Translations under genes and position numbers: made by a program
IMG/VR virus record: IMGVR_UViG_3300000983_000001
Location: 22,891-86,890 of that record
Length of the DNA stretch: 64,000 bases
Strand: one strand, 5' to 3'
Source of the DNA: a virus
Part shown: piece by piece, positions 40,940 to 50,046 of the stretch
Numbering within the stretch: the stretch's first letter is position 1
Layout of the letters: each line of letters opens with the position of its first letter
The notes under the pieces: generated by a model
The model's database searches: none
What the model was told of the DNA's origin: nothing
The model's input: the letters and a program-made list of their open reading frames with translations, nothing else

Positions 40940-41494
40940 TTATTGAAGTTTATACCTATTGGAAGCTGATGGTGGTTCAGGGTCTAAATCTCTCTTTTTT
41001 ATCTTTTCATGATAGGTTTCAATCCAATCTATTAGGTCATATGTCTTATCTCCTCCTCTACCTTTGAAGATAAAATAACGAGGTTCTCTTGGGTATTTTT
41101 CTTCTTCTATGCAATAATCTACATATAATTTAGTACCCTCAATAACTTCCTTTTTTTCAAGATCATTAAATTCTTTAAATAAAGCTTTCATACGAGTTTT
41201 ACAGGTCTCTTTGGCTCTAGTGTGAGTATCAAATGGTTCAAAAATAGGTAGCCATTCAGTGATTACCCAATCGAAATCTTCTGATATTTTTAACACTTGT
41301 TTCCCTGTATACGTTTTGTTTTCGACTCGATCTAATATAAGAAAATGAAAAACTTCTGTAGCCTCTTTTCTTACACTAGACATCGTATTTTTTAGCCCTT
41401 TCAATGTATCGTGAGGAAAGAAACTGCTCTCCCCCTCATTTTCATGCATATCAGAAAAAGAATACATGAATAATAAATATCTTTTTGTTGCCAT
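40940..41494 (-). CDS. Hypothetical protein, paralogue of 40465..40935
   Basis: EVIEGTKLYVDYCIEEEKYPREPRYFIFKG versus QVLIATKKYLEFCEENKIQPLSPPYFILKG. Confidence 0.65.
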   Translation of the reverse strand: MATKRYLLFMYSFSDMHENEGESSFFPHDTLKGLKNTMSSVRKEATEVFHFLILDRVENKTYTGKQVLKISEDFDWVITEWLPIFEPFDTHTRAKETCKTRMKALFKEFNDLEKKEVIEGTKLYVDYCIEEEKYPREPRYFIFKGRGGDKTYDLIDWIETYHEKIKKRDLDPEPPSASNRYKLQ

Positions 41495-41501
41495 AAGTTG
41501 A

Positions 41502-42011
41502 CTATTTAGTTAGAAGTGTGTATTCACCAGATTTAATCTTTTTTCTGGTTTCTTTAATACCCTCGTTTAAAAATTGATTTCTGTGTTTCCCTGTAGTGTT
41601 AGAATAAGCCCAATCTTTTGTTAGATAGACCTTTTCCGTATGATTAACAGCCAGATTCTCTGTCAAAATTCTTTCTCTTATCTGATAAGCGATAATAGTT
41701 TCATAGCTAACTAAGATTGTTCCTTTTTTAAAATAAAGTATCTGGTGATTTTTCTTAAAAACTTTGATTGAAATAAAAGCACCTAATCTTTCTTTAAGTG
41801 TCTTTTCATCTTGTTCTTCAATATAATCTTTAGGTAAATTAATATATCTATCAACTAAATTTTCGTTGTTTTGAGTAATTGCATACTTTAGTTGAACTTT
41901 TGTAGGGTTTAACTTTAATCCTTGATTTAGGTAAGAGTTTTTTTCATACCTCCAATAGGCTAACTCTCTTTTAGGGTCTACGTTTTTAGATATTTGAATT
42001 TCTGTGTACAT
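41502..42011 (-). CDS. Hypothetical phage protein
   Basis: 169-aa ORF with a C-terminal SYETIIA...YSNTTGKH block of a kind common in phages. Confidence 0.65.
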   Translation of the reverse strand: MYTEIQISKNVDPKRELAYWRYEKNSYLNQGLKLNPTKVQLKYAITQNNENLVDRYINLPKDYIEEQDEKTLKERLGAFISIKVFKKNHQILYFKKGTILVSYETIIAYQIRERILTENLAVNHTEKVYLTKDWAYSNTTGKHRNQFLNEGIKETRKKIKSGEYTLLTK

Positions 42012-42038
42012 AATTTTATTTGTTTTTTAATTTAAAAA

Positions 42039-42188
42039 TTAGTGACAAGCTGCGTAGTTATCACCAAAGTCAATACTAATATCAATACTAACGTTTAATG
42101 GTACGACTTTGTTTGCCTTAATTATTGCTAATTTCAACGCTCTCTCTACTATCTTCTTTTTTTCTTTAGGGAATACAAGTAAAATTTC
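42039..42188 (-). CDS. polA: DNA polymerase A, exon 2 (49 C-terminal aa)
   Basis: Reads EILLVFPKEKKKIVERALKLAIIKANKVVPLNVSIDISIDFGDNYAACH*. Joined to exon 1 it restores motif C (QYHD-EILL) and the typical G-x-N-Y/W-x-x-x-H terminus. Not in the ORF track. Confidence 0.93.
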   Translation of the reverse strand, partial: EILLVFPKEKKKIVERALKLAIIKANKVVPLNVSIDISIDFGDNYAACH

Positions 42189-43113
42189 CATTGTTTTCAC
42201 ATAGGTTCGTTAATCCTATACAGTTCTCTAATGAACTTCTATATATCACTATATAGATAAGACTATATCTTATATAACAGCTTTACCATTTAAGATGTTG
42301 GTAAATTTTCTAGGTGTTACTGTTATACCCCTGCGTTTCAACTCAACTTTGAGCTTACTCCAATCTTGGATAGTCGTTGAACTCCACAACTTATATTTAT
42401 AACATTCTATAGGATATTTAGATAATATTTTCATTATCTCATAAGCTCCAAAATGTTTTCCAAAATAAAGATAACAAAATGATCTTCCGTCTTTTTTATT
42501 ATCTCTGTAAACTTGGGGTTTCATACCTAATTTCTCAAAAAAGGGAACAAAAATATTATAATGTGTATTTTCATCATAATTGTGAGTATTTAAATTAAAA
42601 AAACCATTTCTTCTGTGTAAAGAGCCATCATCATAAAACCAAAGTGCTAAACCTAAGTCATCTAAAAGACTTAATTTAGTTTTTATATCTAGTTCTTTTA
42701 TGATTTTTAATTCCATAGCTGTTTTACTGCTTAATGTGTATATTTCATTTTGATTGTATCCGTTTTTTTCGACATAACCAATCTTACCTGAAATATTACC
42801 TAACAGTTTTTGTTTAAACTCTAAATACTCTAAATATTTACAATTTGTTTTGTAAACACCTTTTCCACTTTTTTTAAGAGCTATATGTCCATCTCCAAAT
42901 TCACCAGACACTAACACTTGTACCTGATTTCTATTTAAGCTGCATAGCTGCTGATTGTCTATTTTTTGTATCATTTTAAATTCACGATTTAGTTATGACA
43001 CAATATACAAAAACTTTTTAAAACTTTCAAGTTTATCTTCACAGATTCCTTTGTAGTGTTTTTGTCTTTAAGAGTTTCCAGCAATTAACAGGGTTTATAC
43101 ACAACAATTATTT
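42189..43113 (-). mobile_element. Self-splicing group I intron (925 nt, IA-like with P7.1/P7.2)
   Basis: Exon ends in U (GAT) and the intron ends in G (CAATG). IGS GTTGTG (43100-43105) pairs with exon CACGAT, with the U-G wobble at the splice site. P AATTGCTGGAAA (43075-43086), Q AATCAGCAG (42948-42956), R GTTCAACGACTA (42371-42382), S AAGATATAGTC (42261-42271). P3 CCCTGT/GCAGGG, P8 TATAACAG/CTGTTATA, and P9 TCTATATA-GTGA-TATATAGA. Confidence 0.95.
42270..42974 (-). CDS. Intron-encoded LAGLIDADG homing endonuclease (two-motif type)
   Basis: LVSGEFGDGHI and LALWFYDDGSL motifs, located inside the intron. Confidence 0.9.
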   Translation of the reverse strand: MIQKIDNQQLCSLNRNQVQVLVSGEFGDGHIALKKSGKGVYKTNCKYLEYLEFKQKLLGNISGKIGYVEKNGYNQNEIYTLSSKTAMELKIIKELDIKTKLSLLDDLGLALWFYDDGSLHRRNGFFNLNTHNYDENTHYNIFVPFFEKLGMKPQVYRDNKKDGRSFCYLYFGKHFGAYEIMKILSKYPIECYKYKLWSSTTIQDWSKLKVELKRRGITVTPRKFTNILNGKAVI

Positions 43114-45102
43114 ATCGTGATATTGTAAGCAAATCCTAATCCCATGAGGGTTTAAAAGTTTTCTAATATGGTAAATCCACATATCAAAAAAGAAAACGCC
43201 AGTTGAAGAATTTAAAAGAGCAAAAATATCTTTTTCGTTCTTTACTAAATACCAAAATCGGGAAACTGGATTGTAAGCCCATTTTTGGTTTCTTTCGTAT
43301 TTAACTGAAACATCCTTCGTAGCTTCTACTATTCCAATTTCAGTTTCTACATCTACTATTCTTTCCTCTGTTTTGAATCTAATCATTTTAACAGATTGGA
43401 TGATAGTATCGGCTGCTGTTTGTTTTACAGCTTTGTTTCTTTTCCAGTAAATATCATATATTCTTTTCCCTTCTCTATAGTTTTCCCCTAACATTTTAGC
43501 TACTTTAGCTGCACCACAACCGTAAGTCATACCGAAATTCACAGGTTTTATTTTCTTTCTGTTTGCTGAAATAACTTTAAATTTAGCTATTTCTTCTGGT
43601 TTAAATTTATAGTCCTCTTTTTTAGATTTAAACCAATTGTAATAGTCAATCTCTTTTTGTGTGACAAGTCCTGCTAACTTAGCTATGTCAAGGTGTGGGC
43701 AAAATCCTGGCACTCTCATTTCCTTAACATACGTTGGATCATAATTAAAAATGTAGTGTTGCTTGGTGTTATCCTCCAAACCACTAACATCCGAACCACA
43801 CATAAGATAGTTTTTGTTAGGTACTGTTACACACCTTCTTATATCTTTAGCATAAGCTTTGTCTACACCTGGCAGATTTGCAAAGGGTTTCCGATGCCTT
43901 AACCTAAGTGTATTAGTTAAACCTAATTCTCCACTGTAAACTTTACCTTCGTTTATAGCGTTTTTAAAACTTTTTAAGACACCTATTCTGTGTCTGATAA
44001 CATAAAGTCCATCTAAATGTTTTAGCAGAGGTTCTTTATCGTAGAGAGCTTTTACAGATGGACATAAGCCCTGTCCAGATGGTAAGGAAACTTGGGGTAT
44101 TTTTTCTCCTTTATCGTTCTCTTTGAACGTTTCAGGTTTCCAACCTAATCCAGCCAACCATTTTTTCAACTGTGGAGAACTGGTTGGCTTAGGTAAATCT
44201 CTAACAATTTCTGTATCTTTTGGTAGATCATTTACAGTTAAATAGTTCATCCATCTATGTCCATGAGAAGTTAATTCTTTTGGTGGAGGATTAGCAATAA
44301 ACTTAAAATTTTCCTCTTTAAATTTCAAGTATTTTTCATACCTTTTACTGACAGTTATACCATCTTTTAGATATTTTTCTTCTGGTTTTTTTGAATCTAT
44401 AAGAGCTTTCCAATCAATCTCTTTTTTATAGATATTTTTAGGTTTTTTCTTTAAAATAACCCCAAGCTCTTTAGGCATTCCTGATCTTAATTTTTCTTTT
44501 TTTTCTTTAAAAGGTATCTCTAAAGCTGTCATTGTTTTAATAATAAGCTCTAGGTCTAATGTAATACCTTCCTGTTCTTGCTCCCACAAGCACTTAGCCT
44601 TAAACATTAAATAATTAATATACCTTTTTAAATCTTTCAGGTTGTCTTTGTAGATGCTAGTCAATGTTTTAATAAACATATGAAATATAACAGCATTTAT
44701 CTCTACATCAATTTCACATCTATGCATGTATGTTTCCAAATCTAAATTTTTCCAATCTAACACTTGTGGTTTTTCAATCCCTATAGATTTTCCCCAAGCA
44801 TCTAAGCCTGGTTTCTTTCTATATGGATATAAAACATAAGTTAATATCAAGGTGTCAATAAGTTTTGCTCCCACTTTTACACCTAATATTTGCTCTAATA
44901 CAGGAACATCGTAACTGATGATCTTGTGTCCGACAAGTATTTTTTGTTCTTTTAACCAGTTGGTTATAGACTGATAATCGGTTAAAGTACCTTCTGATAG
45001 AAGTTTGTGTTTTTTTGTATACGTTCTGTAACTCAAACAGTGTATCTTAGTTACATCTTCATATAAACCATCAGTTTCTATATCAAAAATTGAGTAGTTC
45101 AT
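43114..45102 (-). CDS. polA: DNA polymerase A (T7-like, with 3'-5' exonuclease), exon 1
   Basis: FDIET exonuclease motif, motif A GSDVSGLE, motif B RKKIKPVNFGMTYG (Phe at the 762-equivalent position), and motif C interrupted after QYHD. Confidence 0.95.
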
Positions 45103-45956
45103 AAGTTAAGTATTTTAATAATAGCTTTTGCTTGTTCTAAATCTAAATCCCAAATACCATAAGTAGGTAGACTTTTTTCAATTTTCGCTTTTAGCTCTAA
45201 TTTTAACAAATAATCTTCACACTTCTTTAAACTACGGCTTCCAAAAAGTATTTTCTCTTTTCCATAAGAGAATTTGTATCCGTCATTCTGGTGTAATCTA
45301 AAGGTTTTTTTATTAATCCGACCTCTATTCGTATGGAAATATTTTGTGCCAATTTTCTTAATTTCAAGAGATAAAAATTCTTTTTTATCCATTCTTGTAC
45401 TTCTTATATAACGGTTTATAACAAAATATAACCAATCTCCAACTTTAGGTTTCTCTACAACTACATCTTGCCAATCTTCATCGAAACCATCTTTCACATA
45501 GTAATCCCAAAGTTTCTCTCTTTCTCTAGTAGATAACATAGCTTCTGAATCATAAACATGCATATATGTACCCATGTTTTCAGAAAATATTCTATCTACT
45601 TCAACTAAATCAATAGGGGTACTTCCTCCTTGTGAAGATAGCAAGATATTAACTTTACGGTTATCTAAAATCTCAAATTCTAAATTGTAAAAATCTTCTT
45701 TGCTAATTTGTTTACCAGTAACCTTAATTACACCATTATGTTTTTTTGGGGGATTTCTCCAAAAATCAGAATCATATTTTAAAGCATGTCCTAGTATTGT
45801 TTTGTCAGGTGTTATGCTAAAATCTAATTTATAAAGTCCCATATCTCCTAATGTAACTAAGGAGTTTGAACTGTTTTCAAAAGTGCTTAACCAAATATCA
45901 TCAGCTTTGAATTTAGTATCTGATATTTTAGTAATTTTAATTTGTTGTGATCTCAT
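45099..45956 (-). CDS. Hypothetical protein
   Basis: 285-aa ORF with an ATGA overlap to the polA start. Confidence 0.65.
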   Translation of the reverse strand: MRSQQIKITKISDTKFKADDIWLSTFENSSNSLVTLGDMGLYKLDFSITPDKTILGHALKYDSDFWRNPPKKHNGVIKVTGKQISKEDFYNLEFEILDNRKVNILLSSQGGSTPIDLVEVDRIFSENMGTYMHVYDSEAMLSTREREKLWDYYVKDGFDEDWQDVVVEKPKVGDWLYFVINRYIRSTRMDKKEFLSLEIKKIGTKYFHTNRGRINKKTFRLHQNDGYKFSYGKEKILFGSRSLKKCEDYLLKLELKAKIEKSLPTYGIWDLDLEQAKAIIKILNL

Positions 45957-46008
45957 AACTATTTAGTTATTTTATAGTTTTTAAATAAGGAATTTTCAGT
46001 GCTTGTAT

Positions 46009-46542
46009 TTAATATTTCTGCTTGTAGTTTAACATTTTGAATATCGGATATATTGGGTACTCTGACCCATTATCCATAAGAGATAGATTCGGATTTTTAA
46101 ATTCGCCATCAAAAAGAACTAACATGCTATCTTTAGTTCCTGACTGAACTTTTCCATTTTTTAGTGGTAAATAAAACCTCCCGTCCTCATCTAGCTTTCC
46201 AAACTTTATTCTGGCACTGACAAAGGTTATTGTTTTTGCGTTTGGATATATTAATTCTTTAAATAATTTAGTACTCGTTGAAACGGGAACTAAAAATAAA
46301 GATGATTTACCTTTTTTCATTTGCTCAATACCTTTTTTAACAAAAGCTGTTTTAAGTTTTAGTGTATAAGGAGGATTAACAAAGTTACGCATACCCCATT
46401 CAATCTCTAACCCGTTCCATAAATTTAAATCGTGGTTGAACGGACAAGGATCAAAATCAAATTTATGCTCTTTATCTAGTACATGATATAGATCAGGTGG
46501 AGTTGCGTAGTTATTGTCGTTGTTTATGTGTATCTCTCTCAT
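46009..46542 (-). CDS. Phage DNA N6-adenine methyltransferase
   Basis: YATPP, FDFDPC and the FVNPPY catalytic motif. Likely start MREIH at 46542. Confidence 0.85.
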   Translation of the reverse strand: MREIHINNDNNYATPPDLYHVLDKEHKFDFDPCPFNHDLNLWNGLEIEWGMRNFVNPPYTLKLKTAFVKKGIEQMKKGKSSLFLVPVSTSTKLFKELIYPNAKTITFVSARIKFGKLDEDGRFYLPLKNGKVQSGTKDSMLVLFDGEFKNPNLSLMDNGSEYPIYPIFKMLNYKQKY

Positions 46543-46562
46543 GATTGTTTTATTAAATTTTT

Positions 46563-46805
46563 TTATATTATTTGCAGCAAATAAACTAATAAAATAACAC
46601 CTAATAAGAAAAGAAGGAATGTCCATGTAACATAAGCTTTGATTAAACTTAATGCAACTATTAAACTTTCTAAACCTTTTAAATCTAAAAATATTATCTG
46701 TAAAATTTTTAAAAATAAAAAGAATAAAAATATAATTATTGTAGGAGAAAAAATAAATATTAATCCTCTGAGGAGATTTTTAAAAAGGTTTTTAATATAT
46801 TCCAT
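46563..46805 (-). CDS. Small two-TM membrane protein
   Basis: Two hydrophobic segments. The start (MEYIK, 46805) overlaps the upstream stop region. Confidence 0.5.
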   Translation of the reverse strand: MEYIKNLFKNLLRGLIFIFSPTIIIFLFFLFLKILQIIFLDLKGLESLIVALSLIKAYVTWTFLLFLLGVILLVYLLQII

Positions 46806-47092
46806 AGTACTTGCCAATTTTTCTGATTTTGTTTAATTTTTCAATTGGAGCATAAGTATACTCGCTGTGAAAAAATGTTTTGTTATTCTTGATTTCCACA
46901 AAATACCTATTACCTAAATCATCTTCTACAACCGTATTTTTGTTTAATTTATATATTTTTTTACCTACTTCAATACAATTCTCAAAAACAATTTCAGGTA
47001 AACCTATATTAAATATTGTATTATAGAAAAACTTTTCTAAAAAATTTAATTAAACCCTTTAAATCTAATAGTATTATAGAAATAACTTTCAT
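46792..47092 (-). pseudogene. Frameshifted small gene (+1 shift needed at AAA TTT TTT AGA, about 47041)
   Basis: ATG at 47092 overlaps the TGA of an upstream 31-aa ORF (47089..47184) and its frame stops after 23 aa. The +1 frame is open for 82 codons (47040..46792) with no start codon near its beginning. Confidence 0.45.
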
Positions 47093-47186
47093 AATACTAA
47101 AAAAATTAAAGCTAGTGTTGTTTGATTAAAACCGTGAACAATGAAAAAAGCGAAGCCTGTTTTAATTATTTTTCGTATATCCATGC

Positions 47187-47561
47187 TTATATTAAATTAA
47201 CGTATTTACCTACAACTTTTATTTTAGTTAGTGGTTTATTAATAGTTGGTTTTTTTGTATAGTCTCCAATCAACATCAATTTCTCCTTAAACTCCAGACT
47301 ATAATAATAGTTATTGTCATCCCCCAAAAATTTTTTATTCCCTAATTTACCTTTAGTTGGTTTGTCAATTAATAAAACTTTTTCGTAAACTGACTTTACT
47401 GCTCCGATAGAACAAGCAAAATTTAAAATAAACTCCAAAATAGATAAATTAGCAAGTTTATTTTCTTGTTGCTCTAAAATGTTAATAGGTAACCAATTGC
47501 TATTTGTTTCAAGTTTAGCGTAACTGAGTCTAATAAAGCTATTTTTTAAGATTTTAAGCAT
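47187..47561 (-). CDS. Hypothetical protein
   Basis: 124-aa ORF co-oriented within the operon. Confidence 0.6.
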   Translation of the reverse strand: MLKILKNSFIRLSYAKLETNSNWLPINILEQQENKLANLSILEFILNFACSIGAVKSVYEKVLLIDKPTKGKLGNKKFLGDDNNYYYSLEFKEKLMLIGDYTKKPTINKPLTKIKVVGKYVNLI

Positions 47562-47573
47562 GATTTTTAAGTT

Positions 47574-48344
47574 TTAGTAACTGTATTTGGTTTCAAAGGC
47601 AAATGGATATTTCCCTTTTAGATGCCAGTAAATGTCTATTTTCTGTATTTTTCCGTCTGGTTTTCTCAAAGGGTATTTGTCTAATCCAGAATTTAGAGCA
47701 TAGGTTTTTGGTCTTTTGGCTTTGGTATACAAAGTGTAGAATTGATCTTTATTTACTGCACTTTGCCACAATACAGCTAAATAACAGTCAGTGAGTGTCT
47801 TTATCTTACCTCTACTTCGTTGAACATTTTCAAAATATTTATGCACATAAAACAACTGCTCGATGGCTGTCATTTTAGCTAATTTTCTAGTTGTAGTTTT
47901 TAACTCTTTAGCTGTTTTTGGCATAAATTGAATCAACCCTGTTGCACCACTACCTTGATAATTACCCACAGATTTTATAAATTTAGATTCTGAATGCATA
48001 ACTGCCATTATCCAATCTGCTTCAATCTTCAAATCCTCAGCATACTTCCTCAAAACTCTTTCAAAATTATCAATATTCTTAATTTCTTTAGCTGCGGTAG
48101 CTTTAAGATACAGAGGTTTAGATTTGTTTTTTATTTTTTTAACTACCTTTTTTGGTAAAGGGACTTTTTTATAGTCGGGTTTTTTTACACCTTTTTTGAT
48201 GGTAGATGCAACATAATTACTTATATGCTTCGGTTTTTCGTTGCTTTCTATAATAGCCGTGCAAAAAAGTCCAATAATAAATGCAATTGATAATAGCATA
48301 AATATATATACTTGTTTATTTGATTTGATTTTAGAGTTTTTCAT
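47574..48344 (-). CDS. SLT-type lytic transglycosylase with an N-terminal signal-anchor helix
   Basis: MAVMHSES (catalytic Glu), GATGLIQFMPKTA and an N-terminal TM segment VYIFMLLSIAFIIGLFCTAII. Confidence 0.8.
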   Translation of the reverse strand: MKNSKIKSNKQVYIFMLLSIAFIIGLFCTAIIESNEKPKHISNYVASTIKKGVKKPDYKKVPLPKKVVKKIKNKSKPLYLKATAAKEIKNIDNFERVLRKYAEDLKIEADWIMAVMHSESKFIKSVGNYQGSGATGLIQFMPKTAKELKTTTRKLAKMTAIEQLFYVHKYFENVQRSRGKIKTLTDCYLAVLWQSAVNKDQFYTLYTKAKRPKTYALNSGLDKYPLRKPDGKIQKIDIYWHLKGKYPFAFETKYSY

Positions 48345-48426
48345 GAGTTTATTGCTTTAAAGTTGGTGTATATATTAAAATAAGATTCTTCAATACATAC
48401 ACCAACAATTTTTACACCTTTAAAGT

Positions 48427-49299
48427 TTAGTATTCTGATACTAAATTATTTCCTGCTGCTTCATTGTACAAGTTTTGCAAAGTTTCTTCAAATGAGAACC
48501 AAGCCATTTTGTTTTTTATATCATCATCTGGTTTTAGCATAGAAACTCCTATAGATTTTTCATGCTGCGATCTCATATCCTCTATTTCATGGTAGTATTT
48601 GTCGTACCATTTGTAAGTATCAGTGTAATAAATTAACTCTGAAACTATACCAGAAGAACATCCACCTTTCATTACATCCTGACACCACATTTCCATATCT
48701 TCTTCATCTAAGATTATTTCTGCAACTCGTTTTACTAGCCCTATGTTGTTTTTCATTTTCTCTTCTAAGAAAGCTTCAAAACCTGTTTTAAGCTCTTCAA
48801 AAACATACTTAGCTTCTACTTCTGAGTATTTAAATATGTATTTATTTTTATTTTCATACATATCGACTGTGTAAAATTGAACTTCTTTTTTTAAACCTTC
48901 ATCATTTGTAACTACCTCATTATCTAATTCAATGTCGTCTAAACCTTCCTCGAAATCTATGTCATTTTCTTCAAAATATTGATCTACCTCAAAAGGATAT
49001 TCTTGTTCTGCATCCTCTATGTAATCACCAAATTCATCTAAAGTGATTTTAACAAAATTATTTTCTGTATTTTGGAAATAAAAATTGTACTCTTTGTATA
49101 CCTCAATAATATCGTTTTCATCTAACACTTCCTCTTGAACTTCAAATCTAATAAAAGTTAAATCTTCAAAATCTAAGTCTACACTTAAAAGGGTAGTATT
49201 AATATCTCTAATAAGCTGCTCATTTAGTTGTTTTTCTCTTAATTTTTGATAAAAAACATCTAAATTAGAACTTTGCTCGTTATTTGATTTATTTTGCAT
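48427..49299 (-). CDS. Highly acidic hypothetical protein
   Basis: D/E-rich throughout, with a C-terminal GGCSSGIVSELIYYTDT block. Start placed at MQNKS (49299) because the upstream ATG lies in a terminator. Confidence 0.7.
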   Translation of the reverse strand: MQNKSNNEQSSNLDVFYQKLREKQLNEQLIRDINTTLLSVDLDFEDLTFIRFEVQEEVLDENDIIEVYKEYNFYFQNTENNFVKITLDEFGDYIEDAEQEYPFEVDQYFEENDIDFEEGLDDIELDNEVVTNDEGLKKEVQFYTVDMYENKNKYIFKYSEVEAKYVFEELKTGFEAFLEEKMKNNIGLVKRVAEIILDEEDMEMWCQDVMKGGCSSGIVSELIYYTDTYKWYDKYYHEIEDMRSQHEKSIGVSMLKPDDDIKNKMAWFSFEETLQNLYNEAAGNNLVSEY

Positions 49300-49315
49300 A
49301 AAATTTGTTTTAAGT

Positions 49316-49350
49316 AAAAAGGCTGCACAAAATAAATTCATACAGCCTCT
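49316..49350 (-). terminator. Rho-independent terminator
   Basis: Minus strand GAGGCTGTA ... TGCAGCCTT followed by TTT. Confidence 0.7.
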
Positions 49351-49375
49351 TAGTTTAATTAAATAGTATTAAAAG

Positions 49376-49735
49376 TTAAAAAATTCCAATGTAACTCCTG
49401 TTAAAACACCAAAGATATTTTAGGCTGGCTACGGTGATTTCGTCAGGTTTTATTTCAATAGAAATAGCTTTTAGACCTGTAAAAGATAACTCTGCTTTTA
49501 ATGTCTTTTGAATCGCATCCGCTACTTGCTCACAACTCCCCTTTGAAGGTAAAGATTTTACTATTTCGTCAATCTTATTATGATCTACAACAAAACCTTT
49601 ATTGTCTAATTTTGGGTTCTCAAAAGCTAGACTCACATTGTATTTATAATACTTCTTTCCTGTATTAGCGCATTGATTTTGGGTACTTTTTGAAGGTTTA
49701 ATAACACCTGATCTTCTTATAATTATTATATTCAT
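49376..49735 (-). CDS. QueD/6-PTPS-like T-fold protein lacking the Zn-binding histidines
   Basis: QCANTGKKYYKYNV...LDNKGFVVDHNKIDEIVK...SCEQVA aligns by eye with QueD C-x-x-x-H-G-H-x-Y...GMVxDF...PTAENIA. Confidence 0.5.
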   Translation of the reverse strand: MNIIIIRRSGVIKPSKSTQNQCANTGKKYYKYNVSLAFENPKLDNKGFVVDHNKIDEIVKSLPSKGSCEQVADAIQKTLKAELSFTGLKAISIEIKPDEITVASLKYLWCFNRSYIGIF

Positions 49736-49800
49736 TACTAAAATTTTAATTGAGAATTCGTTCAATACAATATAATAACTTTTAGAGAGATTAACAAGTT

Positions 49801-50046
49801 TTATTTACGTTTTCTTCTCTTGTTATTGTCAACTCTTTTTCCCGCTTTATTAGGAATTATAATACACCTATAACCTTTACCTGAAAGGTAGTCTGTCATA
49901 CCCCATCTTTTGTTTCCGAGTGAGTTTTTAGGTACTCGAATTTCCTTGTTAAAAAAACTGACACCTGCTTCTTTTAAACTTTTTATGCAGTCGTCTACTG
50001 TTAAATTTCTACCTTTCATGTTTTTTAATTTTATAAGTGTTTTCAT
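49801..50046 (-). CDS. Hypothetical basic protein
   Basis: 81-aa ORF in the operon. Confidence 0.55.
   Translation of the reverse strand: MKTLIKLKNMKGRNLTVDDCIKSLKEAGVSFFNKEIRVPKNSLGNKRWGMTDYLSGKGYRCIIIPNKAGKRVDNNKRRKRK

Noticed and set aside
43108-43113. polA as a nonsense-truncated pseudogene or readthrough case
   Set aside because: The stop lies in the first bases of the intron, and splicing restores the frame exactly.
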